A stretch of DNA of 64,000 bases from an uncultured Acidobacteriota bacterium (lineage in GTDB: Bacteria; Acidobacteriota; Thermoanaerobaculia; UBA5066; Gp7-AA6), in assembly GCA_963749265.1 (NCBI GenBank), contig CAVVML010000017.1, positions 32,465-96,464 on the forward strand, read 5' to 3'. Below, piece after piece: positions 24,363 through 35,901 of this stretch. The stretch's first letter is position 1; each line of letters opens with the position of its first letter. The notes beneath the pieces are model-generated. The model worked only from the letters and a program-made list of their open reading frames with translations, searched no databases and had not been told where the DNA came from. The position numbers and the translations under genes are program-made.

Positions 24363-26974
24363 CGCTTCCCGCGGGAGCTCGACTCGGGCCGTACGAGATT
24401 CTCTCGCCGCTCGGGGCGGGTGGGATGGGGGAGGTCTACAAGGCGCGGGACACGCGGCTGGAGCGGACGGTGGCGGTGAAGGTGCTGCCGCAGCGTCTCT
24501 CCTCTTCGCCCGAGGTGCGCCAGCGATTCGAGCGCGAAGCGAAGACGATCTCGCAGCTCTCGCATGCCCACATCTGTGCGCTCTACGACGTCGGGAGAGA
24601 GGGCGACGTCGAGTACCTGGTCATGGAGTACCTCGAGGGCGAGACGCTTCTCGATCGGCTGGCGAAGGGGCCGCTGTCGCCGGAACAGACGCTCCGCTAC
24701 GGCGGCGAAATCGCCGACGCTCTGGACAAAGCGCACCGGCAGGGGATCGTGCACCGGGACCTCAAGCCCGGCAACGTGATGCTGACGAAGTCGGGGGTGA
24801 AGCTTCTGGACTTCGGCCTGGCGAAGGCGATGGGACCGCCGCCGTCGCAGGGCAGCCTCACGGCGCTGCCGACGCAGCAGGGTCTGACACAGGAAGGGAC
24901 GATCCTCGGGACGTTCCAGTACATGGCGCCCGAGCAGCTGGAAGGCAAGGATGCCGACGCGCGGACGGACATCTTCGCGTTCGGCGCGACTCTTTACGAG
25001 ATGGCGACGGGGAAGAAGGCGTTCTCCGGAACGACGCAGGCGTCGCTGATCGGCGCGATCCTCCACACGGAGCCCGCTCCGATCTCCCAGGGGCAGCCCG
25101 CGTCGCCGCCCGCGCTCGACCGCGTCGTCAAGACGTGTCTTGCGAAGGATCCCGAAGAGCGCTGGCAGAGCGCCGCGGACATCAAGCGCGAGCTGCGATG
25201 GATCGCGGAAGGCTCCGGGAGCGGCGTCTCCGCGCCGCCGACCGCCCGGCGTCGCGGGCGAAACCTGTTGCCCTGGGCCATCGCGGCGCTCGCGGTTCTC
25301 GTCGCCGCGGGTCTCGCCATCCGCTCGCGCCGTCCCGCGGCGGCGGCCACGCGAACCGATGCTCCTGTCCATCGTTCCGCCGCAGCGCACGATCCTGACC
25401 GACTCCATGGAGATCTCGCCGGACGGCCGGAAGCTCGCCTTCGTCGGGATTGCCGGAGGCAAGTCCATGCTGCGCATCCGGGACCTGGGCTCCGACGAGG
25501 TCCAGACGGTCGCCGGCACCGAAACCTGCCGAGAGCGTGTTCTGGTCGCCCGACGCGCGCTTTGTCGGCTTCTACTCGCGCGGGAAGCTCCGCCGCGTCG
25601 AGCTCGCGACCGGCTCGATCGAGGTCCTCTGCGACGCGGAGCTCGGTCGCGGCGGGAGCTGGGGATCGAAGGGCGACATCCTCTTCACTCCGAAGACCCT
25701 GGGGAGCGATCTATCGCGTGGCGGCATCGGGAGGCACCCCCGCTCCGGCCGCACGCCTGGAGCCGGGCGACATCATGCAACGGTGGCCGTTCATGCTCCC
25801 CGACGGGCGGCGCTTCCTCTTCTGGGTGAGGACGGACAAGGTCGAAACGACCGGGATCTACCTCGGTTCGCTCGACAGCCCGGAGCGGAAGTTCCTTCTG
25901 CGCAACGGAGCCGCCGGCCAATTCCTGCCGCCCGATACGGTCGTGTTCGTTCGGGGCGAGGCGCTGCTGGCGCAGCGTTTCGACCTGGATCGCGGCGTGC
26001 CGCGGGGCGACCCGGAGGCCGTGACCCGCCCGGTCATGCGGGCCGACGTGGCCTTCTATCGGGATCTCTTCTCGGTCTCACGCAACGGAATCCTCGTCTT
26101 CCGTCCGGGGAGCGGCGACCGGCGGCTCGTGTGGGTGGACCGGCGGGGCAACGTCGTCAAGGCGGTCGGTCCGGCCGGCATCATCATGAACGTGAGCGTC
26201 TCCTTCGACAACAAGTGGGCGGCGTTCACTCTCCGACAGTCGGAGACCGGCCTCCAAACCGTCTGGACGCTCGACCTCGAGAGGGACGTCGCCACGCCCT
26301 TCGTGGAAGCGAGCTGGATGCCGGTCTGGGCCGCCGACGGGGCAAGCATCTTCTATCGATCGGAAGGGAAGACATACGAGCTGCGTCGGAAGTATCTTCG
26401 TGACCAGCGGGTCGAGACGCTGGTCTCGGACAGTTTCGCGACGCCGTACGATGCGTCGGCCGACGGCCGCAACGTGATCTTCACGAGGACCAAGAGCAGC
26501 GTCGACATCGGGGTCGTGGGCACCCAGGCCGGTGATACTCCGCAGATCCTGCTCTCGTCGGAGCACGAAGAGCGCAACCCCGCGTTCTCGCCCGACGGGC
26601 GCTGGTTCGTCTACAGCTCGTCCGAGCCGGGCCAGTACGAGATTTTCGTTCGGCGTCTTCCGATGACGGACGAAAAGTGGGCGATCTCGAGCGGCGGCGG
26701 CCTCCAGGCGATGTGGAGCCGCGACGGAAAGGAGATCTTCTACGTCGCGCTGGACGGGCGGATGATGGCGGTCCCGGTCTCGACCGCCGGTGGCACTCTG
26801 ACCTCCGGCGCCCCTCAGTCCCTGTTCCAGACGTCCGCAAGACTGAACAACGCCTCCCGGCAGTATGCCGTTTCCGCCGATGGTCAGCGCTTTCTGATGG
26901 TCAAGCCCACGCGGGATTTCGACTCGGAGCTTTTCCGCGTGCTGCTGAACTGGAAACCGAGATCGGCCGAATGA
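24359..26974 (+). CDS. K8: Ser/Thr protein kinase-TM-TolB-like propeller. Single long ORF containing three +1 shifts (about 25350, 25520, 25720) that restore frame.
   Basis: ATG overlaps the K7 stop (ATGA). Kinase motifs intact. The stretch between about 25350 and 25720 is low-complexity nonsense in the long frame, while the other two frames give PD40 sequence (…ISPDGRKLAFVG…, …FWSPDARFVGF…). Confidence 0.8.
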   Translation: MTLPAGARLGPYEILSPLGAGGMGEVYKARDTRLERTVAVKVLPQRLSSSPEVRQRFEREAKTISQLSHAHICALYDVGREGDVEYLVMEYLEGETLLDRLAKGPLSPEQTLRYGGEIADALDKAHRQGIVHRDLKPGNVMLTKSGVKLLDFGLAKAMGPPPSQGSLTALPTQQGLTQEGTILGTFQYMAPEQLEGKDADARTDIFAFGATLYEMATGKKAFSGTTQASLIGAILHTEPAPISQGQPASPPALDRVVKTCLAKDPEERWQSAADIKRELRWIAEGSGSGVSAPPTARRRGRNLLPWAIAALAVLVAAGLAIRSRRPAAAATRTDAPVHRSAAAHDPDRLHGDLAGRPEARLRRDCRRQVHAAHPGPGLRRGPDGRRHRNLPRACSGRPTRALSASTRAGSSAASSSRPARSRSSATRSSVAAGAGDRRATSSSLRRPWGAIYRVAASGGTPAPAARLEPGDIMQRWPFMLPDGRRFLFWVRTDKVETTGIYLGSLDSPERKFLLRNGAAGQFLPPDTVVFVRGEALLAQRFDLDRGVPRGDPEAVTRPVMRADVAFYRDLFSVSRNGILVFRPGSGDRRLVWVDRRGNVVKAVGPAGIIMNVSVSFDNKWAAFTLRQSETGLQTVWTLDLERDVATPFVEASWMPVWAADGASIFYRSEGKTYELRRKYLRDQRVETLVSDSFATPYDASADGRNVIFTRTKSSVDIGVVGTQAGDTPQILLSSEHEERNPAFSPDGRWFVYSSSEPGQYEIFVRRLPMTDEKWAISSGGGLQAMWSRDGKEIFYVALDGRMMAVPVSTAGGTLTSGAPQSLFQTSARLNNASRQYAVSADGQRFLMVKPTRDFDSELFRVLLNWKPRSAE

Positions 26975-28037
26975 GCCTCGCCGCAGGAACGAAGCTCGGT
27001 CCCTACGAGATCCTCGTCGCCGCTGGGCGCGGGCGGGATGGGCGAGGTCTACAAGGCGCGGGACACGCGGCTGGAGCGGACGGTGGCGGTGAAGGTCCTG
27101 CCGCAGCGGCTGTCGTCGTCGCCCGAGGTGCGCCAGCGGTTCGAGCGGGAGGCGAAGACGATCTCGCAGCTCTCGCATCCTCATATATGTGCCCTCTACG
27201 ACGTGGGACGCGAGGGCGACGATCGAGTACCTCGTCATGGAGTATCTCGAGGGCGAGACGCTGTCGGATCGGCTGGCGAAGGGGCCGCTGCCGCTCGAGG
27301 AGGCGCTGCGGTACGGGATCGAGATCGCCGACGCGCTGGACGAGGCGCACCGGTCCGGCATCGTGCATCGCGACCTGAAGCCCTCCAATGTGATGTTGAC
27401 GACGTCGGGCGTGAAGCTGCTCGACTTTGGACTGGCCAAGGCCCTTCCCTCTCCCGGCGGAAGAGGGGTCGGGGGTGAGGGGCTCTCTTCGCTTCCGACG
27501 CAGCAGGGTCTGACGCAAGAGGGAACGATCCTCGGCACGTTCCAATACATGGCGCCCGAGCAGATCGAGGGCAAGGAGGCGGACTCTCGGACAGACATCT
27601 TTGCCTTCGGGGCGACGCTCTACGAGATGGCGACGGGGACGATGGCGTTTTCCGGCGCGACGCAGGCGTCGCTCATCGCGGCGATCATGACTTCCGAGCC
27701 AACGCCCATTTCAACGTTCCAGCCGACGTCGCCTCCGGCGCTCGATCGCCTCGTGAAGACCTGCCTCGCCAAGGATCGTGAGAAACGCTGGCAGAACGCC
27801 CGGGATGTCGGGCTCGAGCTGCGCTGGGTCGAGCACGACTTGGGTCGGCCGAAAGAGCCTTCGGCCGGTGGCGGGATGCGGTCCCTCTGGCGCGTGCATG
27901 CGATCTGGGCCACGGTCGCCATCGCACTCGCGCTCCTGGCGTGGTTCGGGCGCCCCGCGCCTTCCCGAACCCCGCCGCCGAACCCGCGTCCTGTGATCGT
28001 CGCTCATGGATTCGCCGCTGCCGGGACGCGTTTATGA
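26971..28037 (+). CDS. K9: truncated STPK (kinase domain + TM helix only, no propeller), 2 frameshifts. Possible deletion remnant.
   Basis: ATG overlaps the K8 stop. Kinase motifs across 3 frames. Unusual Gly-rich insert [15 protein letters not shown] in the activation segment. TM helix [15 protein letters not shown]. Stop TGA 28035-28037. Confidence 0.7.
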
Positions 28038-28104
28038 CCCGCGTACCGAGGCCGCCGGCGGGACAAATGCCGACGATTTAACCGACGCGCTCCGAACTCT
28101 CCCG

Positions 28105-28531
28105 GTGGTAATCCAGAAGGAGACCACCAGTCCGTTGTGGCACCGCGAAGACCAGGTCGTGCGCCAGAACCCGGATCTCGTCGTGAGCCACCTCTCTTGC
28201 TTGTACGACTCGCGAGTCGGCGAGGGGCTGAAGGCTGTCGAAGACCACGAGTTCTCGCTCGCCCAGAGCCGCCTCGTCCTGTACTTCGGCTACGTCGCCG
28301 AGGCGAATCCCCGCACGCGCTTCCTGGTCTATTCGCGTGGTGCAGTTCGGGAACGCTTCGGCCGAGCAACGCTGGGTCAGCGAATCCGAGGCCCGGCTGC
28401 CGGTTCTCCGCGGCCGAATCTACGCCTTCACCGTGCCGACTGGTCCAGAGCGGGCGACCTTCCGCAACCCCGACACCGCCCGGCTCATTCGTCAGCGCGT
28501 ATCGGAGATTCTGGGATTGGGTACTTCGTGA
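28105..28531 (+). CDS. small hypothetical protein (about 140-170 aa) with internal frameshift near 28340, lower local GC. Start uncertain (GTG 28105, TTG 28132 or ATG 28006).
   Basis: Protein-like translation …VVIQKETTSPLWHREDQVVRQNPDLVVSHLSCLYD…FLVYSRG | VQFGNASAEQRWVSESEARLPVLRGRIYAFTVP…ILGLGTS. Stop TGA 28529-28531 overlaps the K10 GTG. Confidence 0.3.
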
Positions 28532-31211
28532 CGCTTTCCGGCGGATTCCGCCTCGGTCCCTACGAGATCCTGTCGCCGCTCGGCGCGGGCGGGATGGGGG
28601 AGGTCTACAAGGCGCGGGACACGCGGCTGGAGCGGACGGTCGCGGTGAAGGTGCTGCCGCAGCATCTCTCGTCCTCGCCCGAGGTGCGCCAGCGGTTCGA
28701 GCGCGAGGCGAAGACGATCTCGCAGCTCTCGCATCCGCACATCTGCGCTCTCTACGACGTGGGGCGCGAAGGCGAGACCGAGTACCTGGTCATGGAGTAC
28801 CTCGAGGGCGAGACGCTGTCGGAGCGCCTCGCGAAGGGAGCGCTGCCGCTCGATCAGACGCTTCGGTACGGGACGCAGATCGCCGACGCGCTCGACAAGG
28901 CGCACCGGCAGGGGATCGTGCACCGGGACCTGAAGCCCGGCAACGTGATGTTGACGAAGTCCGGGCGTGAAGCTGCTCGACTTCGGTCTCGCAAAGGCGA
29001 TGGCGCCCGACCGCGCCGCAGTCGGCCCTGACGTCTCTGCCGACGCAGCACGGCCTGACGCAGGAAGGGACGATCCTCGGGACGTTCCAGTACATGGCGC
29101 CGGAGCAGCTCGAGGGCAAGGACGCCGACGCGCGGACGGACATCTTCGCGTTCGGCTGCGTGCTCTACGAGATGGCGACGGGAAGGAAGGCGTTCTCGGG
29201 TACGAGCCAGGCCTCGCTGATCTCCGCGATCATGCAGGAGGATCCGGCGCCGATCTCGACCGTTGCAGCCGATGTCGCCGCCGGCCCTGGACCGGGTGGT
29301 CAAGACCTGTCTCGCGAAGGACCCCGAGGACCGCTGGCAGAGCGCGGCGGACATCAAGCGCGAGCTGCAGTGGATCGGCGAGGGCTCGGCCGCGGGAGTC
29401 GCGGCGCCCGTGCCGCCGTCGTCTCGAAGCGCCGCAGCCGCGAGCGGATCGCGTGGGCGCTCACGGCCGCGTTCGCGCTGGGCGCCGCCGCTCTAGCCGC
29501 GACGTTGCTCCGCCGCTCGCCGGCGACCGCGCCCTTGATCCGCGCCTCGATCCTGCCACCCGAAGGTGTCGAGCTCGTGTCGACCATGATCTGGGCCGGG
29601 CCCGTCGAAATCTCGCCCGACGGCTCGCGACTCGTCTTCTCCGCCCGCAAGGGCGAGGGTCCGAACATGCTCTGGGTCCGGGAGCTCTCCGGCACCGCCG
29701 CGCGCCCGCTGGCCGGGACCGAGGGCGCGGAGCGTCCCTTCTGGTCTCCCGACAGCCGCTACATCGGCTTTGCCGCGGACCGCCGCCTGAAGAAGATCGA
29801 GTGGTCCGGCGGTCCCGTTTTCACGCTCGCCCCCTCGGACGAAAGCCGCGGCGGAACCTGGAACCGCGACGGCGTGATCCTCTTCACCCCCAGTGCGCGA
29901 GGCCCGATTCTTCGAGTCTCCGCCGCCGGCGGAACAGCGGTCCCGGCGACCGTCTACGAGAAGGGCCACACGACCCATCGTTATCCCTGGTTCCTGCCCG
30001 ACGGGCGCCACTTTCTCTACCTCGTCCGGCGGAGCGGCGCGGGCAGCGGCGAGAGTCCTGAGATCCGCGTCGGGTCACTCGATTCGAAGGAATCGAGCCT
30101 GGTCGTCCGCGCGGCGTCGAACGCGATCTATGCCTCGGGGCACATCCTGTACGTCCGCGAGGGCGCGCTGGTCGCCCAGGAATTCGATCTCGATCGCCTG
30201 GCCGTGCGCGGCGACGCCATGACGCTCGTGCCGGATTTGCTGATGGACGAGCGCTTCAGCCGCGGCGTGTTCTCGGCCTCGCAGAACGGTCTTCTCGTCT
30301 ACCAGACCGGAAAGACCCGCACAGAGCAGGCCATGCGCTGGCTCGACCGCGGGGGCTCCGTCCTCGCAACGGTCGGCGAGCCGGCGGAATACTTCAACGG
30401 CGGCACTCCCGAGATCTCCCCGGACGGGACACGGGCGACGGCGGCGATCGTGGACCTGCGAACGGGAAACGCGGACGTCTGGATCGTCGACCTCAGCTCC
30501 GGCACCCGCCGCCGTTTCACGAGCGGCCCCGGCGACAAGTTCGTGTCGACCTGGTCGCCGGACGGCAGCCGGATCGCCTACCAGACTTCCCACCCCGGCG
30601 GCGCCGGTTACGACCTCGTCGTGAAGCCGACGGCGGGGGCGGGCATGGAAGAGATGCTCGTGGAGGAGCCGGAGGAGCTTCAAATCCCGAACTCTTTCTC
30701 CCCGGACGGCCGCTTCCTCCTCTTCCACGTCGGCAAGCGCGGCCAGGACGATCTCATGTACATCTCGCTGACGGGAGACCGGACGCCCAAGACGTTGGCG
30801 GCGTCGAAGGCCCTCGAGGGTTGGGGTCAGTTCTCGCCCAACGGGCGATACGTCGCCTACGTTTCGGACGAATCGGGACGCCCCGACGTCTACGTCGCGG
30901 CGTTCCCCGGGCCCGGCTCGCGGTGGCAGGTCTCGCAGAACGGCGGGCGGGAGCCGCGCTGGGCCAAAGACGGCCGGGAGCTTTTCTTCTTCGCGCCGGA
31001 TAACCGTCTCATGGCGGCGCAGGTCAAGACCGACGGGGAGACCTTCGAGGTCGGATCGATCCAGCCCCTTTTCCAGACGCGAGCGGTGGGGAACGACTAT
31101 CGCTACGACGTCGCGAAAGACGGCAAGAGGTTCCTCGTCGTCGGCGGCCTGCCGCAGGAGCCCTCGTCGATCACGCTCGTGACGAACTGGACGGCAGGGT
31201 TAAAGAAATGA
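28528..31211 (+). CDS. K10: Ser/Thr protein kinase-TM-TolB-like propeller, frameshifted (about 28960, 29090 and others)
   Basis: GTG start. [31 protein letters not shown]… Propeller in ORF 29094-31211. C-terminal tail VTNWTAGLKK then TGA 31209-31211. Confidence 0.8.
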
Positions 31212-33880
31212 CTCTTTCCGCGGGCACCAGGCTCGGGCCGTACGAGATCCTCGCGCCGCTGGGCGCCGGCGGGATGGGCGAGGTCTATAAGGCGCGGGAC
31301 ACGCGGCTGGAGCGGACGGTCGCGGTGAAGGTGCTGCCGCAGCACATGTCGTCGTCCCCGGAGGTGCGCCAGAGGTTCGAACGCGAGGCGAAGACGATCT
31401 CGCAGCTCTCGCATCCGCACATCTGCGCGCTGCACGACGTGGGGCGCGAGGGCGAGACCGAGTACCTCGTCATGGAGTACCTCGAGGGCGAGACGCTGTC
31501 GGATCGGCTGGCGAAGGGAGCGCTGCCTCTCGATCAGACGCTGCGGTACGGGCAGGAGATCGCCGACGCGCTGGACAAGGCGCACCGGCAGGGGATCGTG
31601 CACCGCGACCTGAAGCCCGCCAACGTGATGCTGACGAAGTCGGGCGTGAAGCTTCTGGACTTCGGCCTCGCCAAGGCGATGGCGCCCGCGGCGCCGCAGT
31701 CGAGCCTGACGTCGCTTCCGACGCAGCAGGGCCTGACGCAGGAAGGCACGATCCTCGGGACGTTCCAGTACATGGCGCCGGAGCAGCTCGAGGGCAAGGA
31801 CGCCGACGCGCGGACCGACATCTGGGCGTTCGGCTGCGTCCTCTACGAGATGGCGACGGGAAGGAAGGCCTTCTCCGGAGCGACGCACGCCTCCCTGATC
31901 ACGGCGATCATGTCGGCGCAGCCGCCGTCGATCGCGAGCCTGCAGGCGATGTCGCCGCAGGCCCTGGATCGTGTCGTGAAGACATGCCTCGACAAGGACC
32001 CGGAGCGGCGCTGGCAGAGCGCGGCGGACGTCGGGCGACAGCTTCGCTGGATCGGCGACGAGCCGTCACTCGGCGCCGGCGCGTCCGGTCGGCGCGCCAC
32101 CGACGGGAATGGCTCGCGTGGGCGCTCGCGGCCGCCGCGGCGCTCGTCGCCGCCTTCGGCTTTTCTTCGCCCCCGCGAAGGCACGACCGCGCGGGATCTC
32201 CGGCTCCGGTCCGCAGCGCCATCCTTCTGCCGGGACTCTCGACCCTGCGCTCTCTCTCCCTCTCGCCGGACGGCACACGGCTGGCCCTGGTCGCTCGCGA
32301 TTCCTCCGGCCTGAATCGTCTCTGGGTCCGGCCTCTGGGCTCCGCCGTCGCCCGGCCGCTGCCCGGCACCGAGAATCCGTCGCTGCCTTTCTGGTCGCCG
32401 GACGGCCGTTCCATCGGCTTCTTCGCCGACGGGAAGCTCAAGCGCATCGACACCGTCGGCGGAACCGCCGCAGACGATCTGTCGCCGCGCCGGTCGCCCG
32501 CGGCGGGGCCTGGAATCGGGACGGCGTGATCCTGTTCTCGCCCGTCTCCGACGGGCCGCTCTATCGGGTCGATGCCTCCGGCGGAACCCCGACGGCCGGT
32601 GACGAAGCTCGACGCGAAGCGCGGCGAGACCTCCCACCGCTGGCCGGTATTCCTGCCGGACGGGAAGCGATTTCTCTACTCGTCGCGAGCTTCGGCGTCC
32701 CGAAAGAGGGAACCGGGCATCTACGTCGGCTCGCTCGACTCGAACGAAGGAGACATTTCTCCTGCGGACCGGCGCCAACGCGGCCTACGCGCCCGGATAT
32801 CTCGTCTACTTCCGCGAAGGAAACCTGCTGGCGCAGAGGTTCGACGCGGCTGGTCGAGCGGGCTCGTCGGAGAGCCCTTCGCTCTCGCCGAGGACATCCA
32901 GTTCTTCCCGCAGCAGCAGGCCGCGTTGTTCTCGGCCTCGGCCAACGGCGTTCTCGTCTCGCAGCCTCGATCGGACACGAGCGTCTCGCAGCTCATGTGG
33001 CTCGATCGAACCGGAAAGCCGCTCGGCACTCTCGGACCGCCGGCGAACCAGGCCAATCCCCGCATCTCTCCCGACGGCAAGAGGGTGGCTCTCGACATCG
33101 TCGACCCGCAGACCGGCAACCAGGACGTCTGGATCTACGAGTCCGGCGGCGGCCTGCCGACGCGCCTGACGTCCGATCCCTCGATCGACGCCCTTCCGAC
33201 CTGGTCGCCCGACGGGAGCCGGGTGGCCTTGATGTCGCTTCGGAGAAGCCATCCGGACATCTTTCTGGCGAAGTCCGACGGCTCCTCCGGCGAAGAGATC
33301 GTCTCTCGAGTCGGGGCAGGCCAAGTACGTCACCGACTGGTCGCCGGACGGCCGCTTCCTTCTCTTTCGCGCGAGCGACGCGACGACGAATCTCGAGCTC
33401 TGGACGTTGCCGGTCGGCGGCGACGGCAAGCCGATCCCGTTTCGGCGCGCTTCGTACGGCGTGAGCCACGGCCAGTTCTCTCCCGACGGGAAGTGGGTCG
33501 CCTACGTTTCGAACGAGACCGGCCGATTCGGAGATCCACGTCGTCCCCCTTTCCCGGTCCGGGGAGCAGCTGGAGAGTCTCCACCGCCGGCGGGACTGAG
33601 CCCCGATGGCGGCGGGACGGCAAGGAGCTCTACTACCTCGCTCCCGACGGCAAGCTCATGGTCGGTCGGACGTGAAAACGGGTCCGCCGTTCGAGGCCGA
33701 GGCCGCGAAGCCCCTCTTCCAGGTCCGCCGCCGTGAGCGCGTCTCCGCCAGCGACATGTACGGCTACGACGTCGTCGGCCGACGGCCAGCGCTTTCTCGT
33801 GAGCGCGGAGATCGGGGAGGAGACGGCGCCGCCTCTGACGCTCGTGCTGAACTGGGCCGACGAAGAAGAGGAAGAAATGA
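31208..33880 (+). CDS. K11: Ser/Thr protein kinase-TM-TolB-like propeller, heavily frameshifted. C-terminus runs into the M28 start.
   Basis: ATG overlaps the K10 stop. Kinase domain intact (ORF 31208-32314). Propeller pieces in ORFs 31984-32529, 32572-33675, 33733-. Tail …LVLNWADEEEEE. A stop only appears at TGA 33878-33880 if there is a 1-nt indel in the gaa-repeat. Confidence 0.75.
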
Positions 33881-35228
33881 GAGTTCGCGCGTGCCTCGTG
33901 CTCTCGATCGGGATCGTGCGCGCCGGTTCTCCGGTCCGAGCCCAGGACGCGATCGCCGGCCCGGATCGCCGGCGAGGCGCTGACGAGCGGCCGGGCGCTG
34001 GCGTTTCTCGAGCGCCTCACCGACGAGGTCGGCGGGCGCGTGACGGGATCTCCGCAGACGCGGGCCGCCTCCGAGCTCATCCTCGCCGAGCTGAAGAAGG
34101 CCGGCTACGCCAACGCGCGGTTCGAAGAGTTCGACCTCGCGTCGCGCTGGACGCGCGGGCCGGCGAGCGGGCGCATCGTCGCGCCGATCGAACGGCCGAT
34201 TCTCGGTCGGCTCGTATGCCTGGGTGCCGGGCCTCGCGCGCGAGACGACCGCGCCGCTCGTCGATCTCGGTGCGCCGGCGTCGGCCGCGCTGCCGGCGCC
34301 CGTCGATCGCTTGCGCGGCGCCTTCGTCCTCGTCGATCCGCAGAAGTCGGGCGTCGATCCGTCCTTCGTGATGCGCTCGCAGCTCGCGAAGACGCTGGCC
34401 GAGGCCGGCGCCGCCGCGATGCTGATCCCGTCGGACAAGCCCGGGCGCATGGTCTACACGTCGGCGTTCGGCTTCTATCCGCGCGCGCCGCTGCCCGTCA
34501 TCTCCGTGGCGAAGGAAGACGCCGCGCTCCTGCGGCGCCTTCTCGGGAAGGGTGCGGTGCGCCTCACGCTCGACGTGAAGAACACGTTCGATACGTCGCC
34601 GTACCGCGAGCGCAACGTCATCGCCGACCTTCCGGGTCGCGAGCCCGGCGAGGTCGTGCTCGTCGGGGCGCACTACGACTCGTGGGACGTGGCGCAGGGC
34701 GCCGACGACGACGGCTCGGGTGTGGCCGCGGTGCTCGAGGCCGCGCGGATCCTCAAGTCCCTCGGCGTGACGCCGCGCCGCACGATCCGCTTCGCCTTCT
34801 TCTCCGGCGAAGAGGAGGCGACGCTCGGCTCGCGGGCGTACGTCGCCGCGCACGAGAAGGAGCTCGATTCGCTGCGCGCCGTGCTCGTCATGGACTCCGG
34901 GCGCGGGCACGCCCCTGGGTCTCGAGCTCCACGGCCGCGCGGATCTGCAGCCGGCGGCGAAGAAGCTGCTCGCGCCGCTCTCGGGCCTCGGCGCGACCGC
35001 GACGACGCTCGAGGCCACGTTCGACCGCGACCACGGCCCGTTCATGGTCGTCGGCGTCCCGGCCATGACGCTCTGGGTCGAGGAGGGCGACGTACGACGA
35101 CCGCCACCACACGGTGATCGACACGTTCGAGAACGTGGACCCGAAGAAGCTCGCCGCCGATACGGCGGTGATGGCGGTGCTGGCATGGCGGCTCGCGGAC
35201 TCCGCGGAGCCGTTCGGCCGGCGGCTGA
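33877..35228 (+). CDS. secreted M28-family zinc metallopeptidase (aminopeptidase-like), frameshifted. 3' end uncertain.
   Basis: Signal peptide MRVRACLVLSIGIVRAGSPVRAQD. M28 motifs VLVGAHYDSW, GADDDGSGVAAVLE, FAFFSGEEEA, VLVMDSG, DDRHHTVIDTFENVD. Confidence 0.7.
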
Positions 35229-35312
35229 GCGCGATCGGAGGCCGCCGACCTCCTCGCAAGAGCGGAGTCGGGAACACGAAGAAGCATGGTTCTACGCGCG
35301 GAGCGGAACCGC

Positions 35313-35827
35313 ATGAAGGAGTACACGACGCTCCTGGAAGAGGCCCTCGAGGCCTGGACGTACGTGCGGGAGGGCGTCATCGACGAGCTCCGCAACATCC
35401 CCGAGCGAGACATCGGGTTCCGTCCTCACCCGGAGAGCCGGAGGGTCGCGGGAGCTCGCGCAGCACATCATCCAGTCGGGGCTCCTCATGTCGGGCGAGC
35501 TCTCGCGCAAGGACGGCGACTTCCGCCGCAAGAGCTACGAGGCGCTGCTGCGGGAGCACGGCCCGGGCATGGAGCGGCTGCGCACACGGAAGGCGCTCCT
35601 CGCGGCGCTCGCCCGCACGCGCGCGGGACGGCGAAAGAGCGCTCCGGAGGGCGGGCGAGCTGCACATCCTGCAGTCCATCCGCCGTTTCGACGGGAAGCC
35701 GGGGACGCGGCTCGCCTGGATGAATCACGGCATCGCCCACGAGGAGTATCATCGCGGCCAAATCGCGTTGTACGCGCGGCTGCTGGGCCGCGTGCCGGCG
35801 CTGACGCGGCTCATACAAGGAGGCTGA
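35313..35827 (+). CDS. DinB/YfiT-like (DinB_2) metal-dependent hydrolase superfamily protein, 2 frameshifts
   Basis: MKEYTTLLEEALEAW…ELAQHIIQSG…GELHILQSIRRFDGKPGTRLAWMNHGIAHEEYHRGQIALYARLLG. Stop TGA 35825-35827. Confidence 0.55.
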
Positions 35828-35901
35828 GGAATGAGCGAAGGCGGTTCTCCCGGTGCTCGCCGTGTTGATGGCGTGCGGCGGCTGCTATCGTTCTCGCCCA
35901 G

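Noticed and set aside
1913-33880. Regular about 2.6-kb periodicity could suggest a CRISPR-like or other non-coding repeat array
   Set aside because: Repeat units are full protein-coding paralogs with kinase motifs. There are no short direct repeats with unique spacers and no cas genes.
33877-33880. Kinase-peptidase and P450-kinase (19060-19102) translational fusions
   Set aside because: Both junctions become ordinary ATGA/stop junctions with a single-base correction, and both downstream proteins start at their family-typical N-termini. They are reported as findings to re-check, not as fusion proteins.
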